Below are positions 56,401 through 64,000 of a stretch of DNA of 64,000 bases, in pieces; positions within the stretch are counted from its first letter, which is position 1, and each line of letters begins with the position of its first letter. Under the pieces are notes generated by a model that had not been told where the DNA came from, made no database searches, and was given only the letters and a program-made list of their open reading frames with translations. The DNA is taken from positions 5,672-69,671 of the forward strand of contig CALBZE010000091.1 of NCBI GenBank assembly GCA_937889645.1, given 5' to 3'. The DNA is from an uncultured bacterium. GTDB lineage: Bacteria; Gemmatimonadota; Gemmatimonadetes; Longimicrobiales; RSA9. The translations under genes and the position numbers were made by a program.

Positions 56401-57256
56401 CGAGCAGGCCGCGCTCAAGCAGAGCCTTGAGGCGCTCGGACGAAACCTGGCCGAGGTCGGCCGCCGGTCCGCGATGGTCAACCAGGACGTGAGCGCTGCG
56501 CTCGGCCGCGCCGCGCTCGCCATGCAGCAGACGTTGGATGCCCTCGATGGGCGCAACGGCCGACAGGGGATGCCGATCGAGGAGGCGCGGCGGACGATCG
56601 AGGCGCTGAATCAGTTGGCGCTCGAGCTGTTGAAGAACGGCGAGCAGATCGAGCAGTCGCAGGCCGGGACGGGGCTCCAGCAAGCGCTGCAGCAGCTCGC
56701 GGAGCTGGCGAAGCAGCAGGGCGCGCTCAACGGCCAGGCCAATTCGCTCCTCCCGCTCGACCTCGGGCCGCGCGCGATGGCGGAGCAGATGCAGCGCATG
56801 GCGCGCGAGCAGCGGGACGTCGCCAGGAAGCTCGGCGGGCTCAACGACATGATCGGCGGGCAGGACGACATCCTCGGCCAACTCGACGAGCTGGCGCGCG
56901 AGGCGGAAGCGATCGCCCGCGAACTCGAAGGTGGCCGGATGACGCCCGACCTCCTCGCGCGGCAGGAGAGGCTGTTCCACCGCCTGTTGGATGCCGGCCG
57001 CACGCTCGAGCGCGAGGAGTACACCAACGAGCGCGTGGCCGAGAGGCCGGGTAACGTGGGCGTGTCTCGGGCCGGGCCGCTGGACGCCGAGCTCCTGCAC
57101 GCCGGGCCGCGATTCCCGGTCCCCGATGCGGAGGCCCTGCGAGCGCTGCCGCCGGCGTACCGCAGGCTGGTCCTCGAGTACTTCGACCGGCTGAATCGAG
57201 GGGGCGAGCCGACGCCCGCGACGGGGCGGTCGCCCGGCGGATCACCCGATCGCTGA
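53468..57256 (+). CDS. DUF4175-like large membrane-anchored coiled-coil protein
   Basis: N-terminal TM helices, beta-rich repeats (VVYPAYL, DGAPVVEITYPGPD, DDHGL), long Q/E/A coiled coils with a Gln/Gly linker, and C-terminal RLLDAGRTL...PPAYRRLVLEYF. Confidence 0.72.
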   Translation: MSPAGQRLWRDISAARRQVRRDGILAAAATALAAVPVALALAWILGTAPAWSAPSAIPLAVVVATAVAASTVAVWAVRRWVASVNDAVVAAAAERRRGLPEGSVRGVLELSRALPVGTSPALYLRAETALARELADATPRELAGHVGERARRLRQRRLLLFSGLAIVTAVLGFVSPERSRAAWGALLNPVDHLSPPPLPAIRVEPGDVELPRGAHLDVAIEAPGRDEVTLRWRIEGDVPRQRRLALSDARARTRVTGIDAAMVYWVVAPDGAVSDTFRVTPLDPLLLSDLVVDVVYPAYLNREPERFEDEVPPLTVPAGTELRVRGRATRRLQEASLVRADGGSRIAFQVNADRFAGRWTPSASGTYHWSMTDQRGGLPVATPPPLELTVVADGAPVVEITYPGPDTILGPDLRQPLVADARDDHGLRSATLVSWRVSRLGAKEEPVEETLTLEGDPERAILRAVLDASERRLLPGDELHYYVRVVDASPAGQVGVSATHVLRLPGMEDLRRLADEEARALVGEAESLARSAERLESSTRGMARQSARSARGGSGGSPASGGSTVGQTAGGQDGDRARPGFAEREQVRQIIENQQQMVDRVAQMRERTEALQRALEAAGLQDPALQQRLAELRQLYDQLLSPELREQLEQLRNSVDQMDSEELQRALEQLAAQQEELRRQIEQSAELMRRAALEQQMNAAAKEARELAAQQEALAEELKQPGALTPERMAQQQDLAQRGAALQQRIAGLMQQLEEHGERSTAEQTAAASKQLESAQQSMDRAAQQAQQGLGQQASQSGGEAAQQLEKVAESLESARDAMAQAWRDETRQSVEQAANEALELAQRQAEVLQQMQQLQQSGSIGEQQGADSRQPQGSQPGQQGQQGQDAGQQGQQSDQQSQVGQQGGQTGDQGQSGQQGRQGKQGQGDQGAGQQGQGQGRQGQGPQGQQPRSGEPGPGGQPSGGQPGPGTGSADLQSIRSEQAALKQSLEALGRNLAEVGRRSAMVNQDVSAALGRAALAMQQTLDALDGRNGRQGMPIEEARRTIEALNQLALELLKNGEQIEQSQAGTGLQQALQQLAELAKQQGALNGQANSLLPLDLGPRAMAEQMQRMAREQRDVARKLGGLNDMIGGQDDILGQLDELAREAEAIARELEGGRMTPDLLARQERLFHRLLDAGRTLEREEYTNERVAERPGNVGVSRAGPLDAELLHAGPRFPVPDAEALRALPPAYRRLVLEYFDRLNRGGEPTPATGRSPGGSPDR
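56070..56370 (+). repeat. Gln/Gly-rich low-complexity coding repeat (GQQ/GQ units) within the DUF4175-like gene
   Basis: QPGQQGQQGQDAGQQGQQSDQQ...GQQGQGQGRQGQGPQGQQ; recurrent CAGCAGGG and CAGGGTCAG in the DNA. Boundaries approximate. Confidence 0.8.
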
Positions 57257-57267
57257 GGGAGAACGAC

Positions 57268-59058
57268 GTGCCAGTCACCCGACGAAGGGTTGCGGTCCAG
57301 CTCTGCATCCTGGGGCTGGCCGTATTGTGCCCGGCGACGCCGGTCCGGGGCCAGGTCGCGAGCGGCAACGGAGGCGACGATGTGCGGCTCCTGCGCGAGG
57401 CCGCAGTTCGCGAGGCCGCGGGCGACTTCGAAGCCGCAGAGCGTATTCTCGAAGGCATCCTCGCCAACGACCCGGCCGCGGTGAGCGCGCTCCTCGCCCT
57501 CGTGCGCGTCTACCGGGTCCAGGGTCGCCTGGCCGACGTGCTCGACCCCGTAGACCGGCTGCTCCAGGCCGATCCCACCTCCACGACCGGACACCAGCTC
57601 CGCCTGCAGACGCTCGCAGAGCTCGGCCGCATGGACCGATTCGAAAAGGCCGCCGAGGCCTGGATCGCGGCGACGCCCAAGCTGGAGACGCCGTACCGCG
57701 AGATCGCCCGGGTGTATGCCGCCCGCGGCATGCATGCCCGGGCCGCCGAGGTCCTGGAGCGCGGCCGTAAGCGCGTCGGGCGCCAGGACGCGCTCGCGCT
57801 CGAGCTGGGCGAGGCGTTCGCGCTCCTCGGCGACGACAAGCGCGCGATTCGGGAGTGGGAGCGAGCGATCGGCGCCGAGGCCCGCGGTGCATCGCTGGTA
57901 CGACGTCGCTTCGCGGCGCTGCCGGACGGCGGCGCCCGCCTCGTGCCGGGGCTGATCGATGCACTCACACGCAAGCCGACGACCCCCCAGCGGAGGCGAG
58001 CGGCCGTCGAGCTCGCGATCGACGCCGGACTCGGCGATCGCGCCGAAGCGATCGCACGCGGCGTGGCGGGCGAGCTCCAGGGCAGGGAGCGCGAGGCGTT
58101 CCTGGTCGAAGTCGCGAGGCGAGCGGACGGCGCCCGGCTCCTGCGCCTCGCCTACTGGGCGTACGGCGAGCTGCTCGCCGCCGGGGCGCCGGACCAACCA
58201 TTGCTCGCGCTCCGCACTCGACACGCCGAGCTCGCCCTCGCCGTGGGCGACACGGCGACCGCTCGCGCCGCGTTCGCTGCGCTCGAGTCGGCTTACGCCG
58301 TCGGCTCGCCCGACCGACGGCGGGCCGCGGCGTTCCGGATCGAGCTGACCGCCCGCGAAGGCGACATCGACGTGGCGCTCGGCGAGCTGCAGTCGTTCCG
58401 CGACGAGTACGGCGAGTCCCCCGAGCTGGACGGGCTCGCCGCGGTGATCGGCGAAGAGCTGCTCCGCCGCGGCGACGTCGCACGCGCCGAACGCGTGCTG
58501 GCAACCGCGAAAGGGCCGCGCGCCACGGTGCTCCGTGGGCGAATCGCGCTGCACGAAGGCGACGTGCGGCAGGCGCGAGCCGCGTTCATGACCGCGGCGC
58601 CCGGGCTCGATGGGGCCGAGGCGACCGAGACGCTAGCGCTCGTCACCCTACTCGGCCGGGTGACCCCCGAGGGCGGGCGGCTCCTCGGGACGGCCCTGGC
58701 TCGCGCCATGCAAGGAGACGACCGGGGTGCAGTCGCGATCCTGGTCGATGAGTCGCATTCGCTCGACCGCGCCGAGCGCGCCGGTATCCTCGACTTCGCG
58801 GCCGGGCTCGCCGACCGCGCGGCGCTGCCGGCCGACGCGGAACGCATTCGCCGACTCATCGTCGCCGATTATGCGGATTCGCCCGAGGCGCCCGCCGCGC
58901 TGCTGGCGCTCGGCCGCTCACTGGCCGCACGCCCCGGCCACGACGTCGAGGCGCGCGCCTTCCTCGAGCGCCTGGTGTTGGAGTACCCGCGCAGCGCGCT
59001 GGTCCCCCAGGCGCGGCGAGAACTGGACCGGCTCCGGAGCCCGGGTCCACGATCCTGA
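57268..59058 (+). CDS. Exported tetratricopeptide-repeat protein
   Basis: Signal peptide, multiple TPR-like helices, and YfiO/BamD-like C-terminal repeats (LIVADYADSPEAPAALL, LVLEYPRSALVPQAR). Confidence 0.82.
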   Translation: MPVTRRRVAVQLCILGLAVLCPATPVRGQVASGNGGDDVRLLREAAVREAAGDFEAAERILEGILANDPAAVSALLALVRVYRVQGRLADVLDPVDRLLQADPTSTTGHQLRLQTLAELGRMDRFEKAAEAWIAATPKLETPYREIARVYAARGMHARAAEVLERGRKRVGRQDALALELGEAFALLGDDKRAIREWERAIGAEARGASLVRRRFAALPDGGARLVPGLIDALTRKPTTPQRRRAAVELAIDAGLGDRAEAIARGVAGELQGREREAFLVEVARRADGARLLRLAYWAYGELLAAGAPDQPLLALRTRHAELALAVGDTATARAAFAALESAYAVGSPDRRRAAAFRIELTAREGDIDVALGELQSFRDEYGESPELDGLAAVIGEELLRRGDVARAERVLATAKGPRATVLRGRIALHEGDVRQARAAFMTAAPGLDGAEATETLALVTLLGRVTPEGGRLLGTALARAMQGDDRGAVAILVDESHSLDRAERAGILDFAAGLADRAALPADAERIRRLIVADYADSPEAPAALLALGRSLAARPGHDVEARAFLERLVLEYPRSALVPQARRELDRLRSPGPRS

Positions 59059-59087
59059 TGCAGCAGTTGTTTCAAGGAAGTAGATCG

Positions 59088-60347
59088 ATGCGTCGTACGT
59101 TGCTGTTCCTGGCCATGTTCGCCCTCGTCGTTCCGCCGCTCCGCGCCCAGTACCTGCTGGTGCCGATGGACGCGACGACGCAAACCAACCACCTCAAGGC
59201 GTACGGCCTCACGTACTGGACGCTCACACAGGGGTACACCGCGGAGTGGCTGCTCAACTATCGCGGCGGATCGTTCCTGCTCCCGGACCGCGAACCCGTT
59301 CGGCGCGAAGCCGCGCTCCGCGGTGTGACCGTCGAACAGCTCGACGCTTCGCGGGTCGCGCAGATTCGCTCCCAGATCGAGCGGGAGAACATGGAGAGCA
59401 TCATCCTGGAGAAGGCCCCGCAGATCGCGGTCTATACACCGCCCAACACACCGCCGTGGGATGATGCGGTCACCTTGGCCCTCACCTACGCCGACATCCC
59501 GTACGACAAGGTCTGGGATGCCGAGGTCCTCCAGGGCCGCCTCAAGGAATACGATTGGCTGCACCTCCATCACGAAGACTTCACCGGCCAGTACTCCAAG
59601 TTCTACATCAACTACGCGGGCGCGGCGTGGCTCCAGGAGGAGGTCCAGCGCAACCAGGCGATGGCGGCCCAGTTCGGGCACGCGAACGTCCCCGCCCTGA
59701 AGAAGGCGGTCGCCGAAGAGATCCGCCGCTACGTTGCGGAAGGCGGTTTCCTCTTCGCGATGTGCACCGCAACGGAGACCATCGAGCTCGCCCTCGCGGC
59801 CGTGGGGGTCGACATCGCCGCGTCCTTCAGCGACGGGACGCCGCCCGACCCGAACGCGACCGCGAAGATGCAGTGGGGACGCACCATGGCGTTCCAGGGA
59901 GCGGAGGTGCAGGTGAACCCGACGGTCAATGCGTTCAGCGACATCGATGGACACCAGGTCAACACGCCGTGGAGGCAGCCGCTGGGCGCATTCAAGCTGT
60001 TCGAGTTCAGCGCGAAGTTCGACCCGGTCCCGTCCATGCTCGTCCAGAACCACGAGAGCGTGATCCCGGACTATTACGGCCTGACCACGTCGTTCCGTCG
60101 GGACCGGCTCAAGCCGGGCACGATCGTGCTGGCCGAAGAGGAGGGCGCGCCGTGGGTAAAGTACATTCACGGCACCTACGCGCAGGGGACGTGGACGTTC
60201 CTCGGCGGTCACGATCCGGAGGACCCGCAGCACCAGATCGGGGACGCGCCGACCGACCTGTCGTTGCACCCGAACTCGCCAGGGTACCGACTGATCCTGA
60301 ACAACGTGCTCTTCCCGGCGGCGAAGAAGAAGACGTTGAAGACCTGA
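59088..60347 (+). CDS. Exported class I glutamine amidotransferase-like protein of unknown function
   Basis: Signal peptide; LLVPMD..QTNHLKAYG, PWDDAVTLALTYA, WLHLHHEDFTGQ, GGFLFAMC, GGHDPE. Alternative start 59058 is TGATG-coupled. From memory this family is often labelled 'asparagine synthetase B', but no AsnB synthetase motif is visible. Confidence 0.7.
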   Translation: MRRTLLFLAMFALVVPPLRAQYLLVPMDATTQTNHLKAYGLTYWTLTQGYTAEWLLNYRGGSFLLPDREPVRREAALRGVTVEQLDASRVAQIRSQIERENMESIILEKAPQIAVYTPPNTPPWDDAVTLALTYADIPYDKVWDAEVLQGRLKEYDWLHLHHEDFTGQYSKFYINYAGAAWLQEEVQRNQAMAAQFGHANVPALKKAVAEEIRRYVAEGGFLFAMCTATETIELALAAVGVDIAASFSDGTPPDPNATAKMQWGRTMAFQGAEVQVNPTVNAFSDIDGHQVNTPWRQPLGAFKLFEFSAKFDPVPSMLVQNHESVIPDYYGLTTSFRRDRLKPGTIVLAEEEGAPWVKYIHGTYAQGTWTFLGGHDPEDPQHQIGDAPTDLSLHPNSPGYRLILNNVLFPAAKKKTLKT

Positions 60348-60417
60348 GAACTGCGCTCCGAGGGGAATCTTGGTGGGTGGGCGCGAAGCGGGATTCCGCC
60401 CCGCCGCGTCGGACGGC

Positions 60418-60840
60418 TCAGCCGTTGGCGGCTTCGGAAGACTCGGAAATGGCGTGTAACGCCGCCCAAGAAGCCGGCGACATCATCCTGCAATCGCCCT
60501 CGAAACAGACGCCCGCGCCGATGGTGATCTCGGGAGCCACGAGATCACCTTTGACGCGGGCGCCGGTTTCGAGGCTGATGCTTTCCTCCGCAGTCAGGTT
60601 CCCGATCACCATGCCATGGACGGTGACGCTGCGGGCGGATATGTCTGCATGCACGACGGCGGACGGCCCGAGAGTGACGTGAGAAGTCGACTGGATGTAG
60701 CCGCGCAGACGCCCATTCACGATCGCCGGTCGATTCAGCGAAAGTTTGCCTCCCAGCTCGAACCCTTCCGCAACGACGACCGGCGCCTCGGTGATTTCCG
60801 GTTTCGGATTGCGAGGTGGACGCTGCCACCGCCTCAGCAT
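60418..60840 (-). CDS. Bactofilin (polymer-forming cytoskeletal protein)
   Basis: VVAEGFELGGKL, VHADISARSVTVHGMVIGNL, GARVKGDL..PEITIGAGVCFEG. Confidence 0.9.
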   Translation of the reverse strand: MLRRWQRPPRNPKPEITEAPVVVAEGFELGGKLSLNRPAIVNGRLRGYIQSTSHVTLGPSAVVHADISARSVTVHGMVIGNLTAEESISLETGARVKGDLVAPEITIGAGVCFEGDCRMMSPASWAALHAISESSEAANG

Positions 60841-60852
60841 GCGAAAGTGCCG

Positions 60853-61371
60853 TTACGGGCGCTGGAGCTTGGGGATCGCCAGCTCCTTGTCCTTTTCCTT
60901 GGATTCCGACTCCGGCGCCGCACTCTCCCGCTTCTCGGCCGCGACCGGACGCGGCGGCGCGGCAGGCGCCGTGATCTCGGGCGTGTCCTTGATCTTGGAG
61001 ACGTTCCCGTTGAAGAAGCCGCCCTTGTTGATCACGAGCGAGTCGGTCTTGATGTTGCCCATGACGCGACCCGTGGAAGCGATCTCGACGTCGCCCGTCG
61101 CGACCATGTTGCCTTCGTACGCGCCCATGATCACCGCGTCGACCGTACGCACGTCGGCCTTGACCACGCCCCGGTCGCCGATGACGAGCTTGCCCCCAAC
61201 GTCGAGTTCGCCGCCGACCTCGCACTGGATCTCGATCGAGTCGGCGATCTGGAACTTGCCTTCGATTCTGGCGTGATCGCCGCGGATGGTGAGCAGGTTC
61301 TTCACCTGCGCGTCTGACGTGTGCATCAGGGGATTCTCCATTGACCGGTCATGGGGTGTACGTGAGAGCAC
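60853..61371 (-). CDS. Bactofilin (polymer-forming cytoskeletal protein)
   Basis: IEGKFQ..SIEIQCEVGG, GVVKADV..VDAVIMGAYEGNM, TGRVMGNIKTDSLVINKGGFFNG; AGGAGG RBS before GTG 61371. Confidence 0.9.
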   Translation of the reverse strand: MLSRTPHDRSMENPLMHTSDAQVKNLLTIRGDHARIEGKFQIADSIEIQCEVGGELDVGGKLVIGDRGVVKADVRTVDAVIMGAYEGNMVATGDVEIASTGRVMGNIKTDSLVINKGGFFNGNVSKIKDTPEITAPAAPPRPVAAEKRESAAPESESKEKDKELAIPKLQRP

Positions 61372-61622
61372 TGCGAACCTCCTTGACTCGAGCCGTTGGG
61401 TTTCGGCCGCCGGGGCCGGGACCGGCGCGAGACCGGCGGGCACGAAACGCACGCGCGCACGACCCGGGTGCGGCAGAATAAATGTTTAGGTACGTCGGCG
61501 CAAGAAGTACGCCGGTTCATCGGGGCGTCCCGGGCACCTCGGCGGCGGCTCCGGGGTAACTTGGCGCGCCACCCTGTCGGCGGCCTAGCGTCGTCGCCCT
61601 GAATCGCCGAAGCGGAGCAGCA

Positions 61623-64000
61623 TTGTCGCGAGCCCTCTATCTGACACCCGAGGCGTCGACCGCCATTCGCGCGGAGGTGAAGCGCGCCCGCGGCAACGAG
61701 GTGTGTTTCCTGGCCCACGTCGGCGACGGCGGCGACGTTCGTGATCCGACGGTCGTCGCGCGAGGCAACCGTCACGCGGTGCTGGCCGCGGTGCGCTCGG
61801 CGGGGCCGGGGATGCTCGTCATCCACAACCACCCGTCGGGCGTTCTCGAGCCGTCGGAGGCGGACCTCGAGATCGCGGCCGAGCTGTACGCCGAGGGGAT
61901 CGGGCTCGCGATAACCGACAACGAAGCCGGCGAACTGTACGTGGTGGTCGAGCCCGCCCGGGCCACCGCCTACGAGCCGATCGACATCGCCGAAGTCGAT
62001 GCCGCGCTCGGGCCGGGCGGTCCGATCAGCCGGGCGCACCCTGCGTACGAGGACCGCCCGATGCAGCGCGAGCTCGCCGCGGCCATCGTCGACGCGTACA
62101 ACGGCGGCGGGATCGCGATCGCGGAGGCGGGGACCGGGACCGGCAAATCGATCGCGTATCTCGTCCCGGCGATCCGCTGGGCGGCGGCGAACCGCGAACG
62201 GACGGTCGTCTCGACCAACACGATCAACCTCCAGGAGCAGCTCGTCGGGAAAGACCTCCCCTTCCTTCGCCGGGCGCTGGGCGAGCCGTTTCGGTTCGCG
62301 CTGGTCAAGGGGCGGAACAACTACGTCTCGATCCGCCGAGCGCGGCTTGCGGCGCAGAGCGCGAGCACGCTCTTCGATACAGGCCATCGCGCGGAGTTGG
62401 AGGCGATCCTGCAGTGGCTCGGCACCACTCGCGAGGGTTCGTTGCAGGACCTTCCATTCCAGCCGGCACCCGAGGTGTGGGACGAGGTCGCGAGCGAATC
62501 CGACGTCTGCCTCCGGGCGAAATGCCCGCACTTCGAGGCGTGCTTCTATCAGCGTGCGCGGCGTGACGCGGCCACTGCGGACGTCCTCGTCGTCAATCAC
62601 CACCTGCTCTTCAGCGACCTCGCCGTGCGCCGCGCCCAGGGCAACTACACCGCGCAGGCCGTCCTTCCCGCGTATCGGCGCGTGATCTTCGACGAGGCGC
62701 ACAATCTGGAGGACGCGGCGACGTCGCACCTGGGCGCGACGGTCTCGCGACGCGGCCTGCTCCGCATCCTCGGCAGGCTCGACCGGCGCGGACGCGGCGT
62801 GCTCGCCGCCGTCGTCGGCCGACTCGAGGACGGGCCCGACGACCTCCTCCAACAGGACGCCCTCGCGCAGGTCCGCGACGTCGTCCGGCCCGCGGCCGAG
62901 CGCGCGCGGGAGAACGTCGCCGAGTTCTTCGGCCGGCTCGAGGCCATGACCGCCCGTGCCGACGACGGTGTGCTCCGCCTCGACCCGGACGTCTCCGCGT
63001 GCCCCGAATGGGAGACGGGGCTCGGCGTCGGGTTCGAGAACCTGACGACGTCGCTCGAGACGCTGATCCGTGGGATCGGGCGCCTACGCGAGACGATCCG
63101 CCTGGACGAACGGTGGCGCGAGTCGCTCGAGGAGCAGCTCCTGGAGCTCGAATCCGTGGCCGGACGCACGGCTGGCGCGCTCGATGCGCTTCGCCTCGCA
63201 TTCTCGACGGCCGACGATGCGACGCCGATGGTCCGATGGATCGAGCGCCGGGGCGGCGGCGGCGGCCGCGAGCCGAACGTCGTCGTCAACGCGGCGCCGA
63301 TCGACGTGTCCGGCGCCCTGCGCGAAGCGCTCTTCGAGCGCGTGGACACGGCCGTGCTGACCTCGGCCACCCTCGCCACGCGCGACGGCTTCGATTTCCT
63401 GCGCAGCCGCCTGGGCCTCGACGGCGGCGGCATCAAAGTCGCCGAGGCCGTCTACCCATCGCCGTTCGACTACGAGGAGCAGACGATCGTGGCGATCCCG
63501 ACGGACCTGCCCGGTCCGCGAGACGAGGACAACGGCCGATTCGACGTCGCCACGGCCGATATCGTCCGGGATCTCGCCGAGATGAGCGACGGCGGGATCT
63601 TCGTGCTGTTCACGTCGTATCGGTCGCTGAGGCGCGTGGCCGAGGAGCTGCGCCGCCGCGGAGTCGACGGCCGCTGGCCGCTCTTCGAGCAGGGCGAGGC
63701 GCCCAGGGCTCGGCTCGTCGAAGCGTTCGCGGCCTCGGGGCACGGGATCCTGCTCGGGGTCGCGTCGTTCTGGGAGGGCGTCGATGTGCCGGGCCGCCCG
63801 CTCCGCGGCCTCGTGATCACGAAGCTGCCCTTCAAGGTGCCGTCCGAGCCGCTCACCGCCGCGCGCGTCGAGGCGATCGAGCGGAACGGCGGCAACGCGT
63901 TCTACGAGTACATGCTCCCCCATGCCGCGCTGCGCCTCAAGCAGGGGTTCGGCCGGTTGATCCGGTCGCGCTCGGACCGTGGCGCGATCCTGCTGCTCGA
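61623..64000 (+). CDS. DinG/YoaA-family helicase with N-terminal RadC-like JAB domain (runs off window edge; absent from the ORF track)
   Basis: Hand translation from TTG 61623: GNEVCF...IHNHPSGVLEPSEAD (JAB), then YEDRPMQ, EAGTGTGKS, STNTINLQEQL, FDEAHN, VLTSATL, LFTSY, SFWEGVDVPG, KLPF, LKQGFGRLIRS. Confidence 0.92.
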   Translation, partial: MSRALYLTPEASTAIRAEVKRARGNEVCFLAHVGDGGDVRDPTVVARGNRHAVLAAVRSAGPGMLVIHNHPSGVLEPSEADLEIAAELYAEGIGLAITDNEAGELYVVVEPARATAYEPIDIAEVDAALGPGGPISRAHPAYEDRPMQRELAAAIVDAYNGGGIAIAEAGTGTGKSIAYLVPAIRWAAANRERTVVSTNTINLQEQLVGKDLPFLRRALGEPFRFALVKGRNNYVSIRRARLAAQSASTLFDTGHRAELEAILQWLGTTREGSLQDLPFQPAPEVWDEVASESDVCLRAKCPHFEACFYQRARRDAATADVLVVNHHLLFSDLAVRRAQGNYTAQAVLPAYRRVIFDEAHNLEDAATSHLGATVSRRGLLRILGRLDRRGRGVLAAVVGRLEDGPDDLLQQDALAQVRDVVRPAAERARENVAEFFGRLEAMTARADDGVLRLDPDVSACPEWETGLGVGFENLTTSLETLIRGIGRLRETIRLDERWRESLEEQLLELESVAGRTAGALDALRLAFSTADDATPMVRWIERRGGGGGREPNVVVNAAPIDVSGALREALFERVDTAVLTSATLATRDGFDFLRSRLGLDGGGIKVAEAVYPSPFDYEEQTIVAIPTDLPGPRDEDNGRFDVATADIVRDLAEMSDGGIFVLFTSYRSLRRVAEELRRRGVDGRWPLFEQGEAPRARLVEAFAASGHGILLGVASFWEGVDVPGRPLRGLVITKLPFKVPSEPLTAARVEAIERNGGNAFYEYMLPHAALRLKQGFGRLIRSRSDRGAILLL

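Noticed and set aside
53444-57100. 1218-aa antisense ORF, and similar long antisense or alternate-frame ORFs (9705-12383, 13941-15794, 22042-24207, 35142-36941, 41201-43282)
   Set aside because: They fully overlap well-supported genes, are Arg/Ala/Pro/Gly-rich without motifs, and are expected shadows of high-GC codon usage.
61372-61622. LexA-type CCGAA repeat upstream of the dinG-like gene
   Set aside because: A single CCGAA at 61607 with no partner at 11-bp spacing.

Overview
High-GC bacterial core-genome window with no tRNA, rRNA, CRISPR array or mobile element visible. Gene content suggests Gemmatimonadota/FCB group, which is inference only. In order it holds a purine operon with an embedded pssA (purB-purC-pssA-purS-purQ-purL'), htrA-tal-truA, and trpD. 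Next come lexA with a coupled 42-aa ORF, trpC-F-B-[HEAT + HD-GYP]-trpA, rqcH, panBCD followed by a degenerate GlmU-like gene, yqeK and LytR_C, and rlmN. A long + strand run follows (PTS IIA, vanZ, aspS, phoH, PgpH-like HD, ybeY, DUF502, mgtE, UbiB kinase, meaB, B12 acyl-CoA mutase, CNNM). After it come a B12-binding subunit, an acyl-CoA carboxyltransferase, a split AtuA with enoyl-CoA hydratase and two micro-membrane proteins, clpB, mce and trxA. The window ends with rsmI-DUF4159-DUF4175-TPR-exported GATase-like protein, two bactofilins and a truncated JAB-DinG fusion. The best leads are: (1) the mutase carries isobutyryl-CoA-mutase residues (F/Q instead of Y/R) and sits with an Atu/Liu-like module, a candidate B12-dependent branched acyl-CoA pathway; (2) a CCGAA-N6-CCGAA tandem candidate LexA operator plus a lexA-coupled microprotein; (3) a HEAT/HD-GYP pair sharing an N-terminal domain inside the trp operon; (4) a DUF4159/DUF4175/TPR/GATase-like envelope module. 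Start codons were chosen by eye and several differ from the ORF track.
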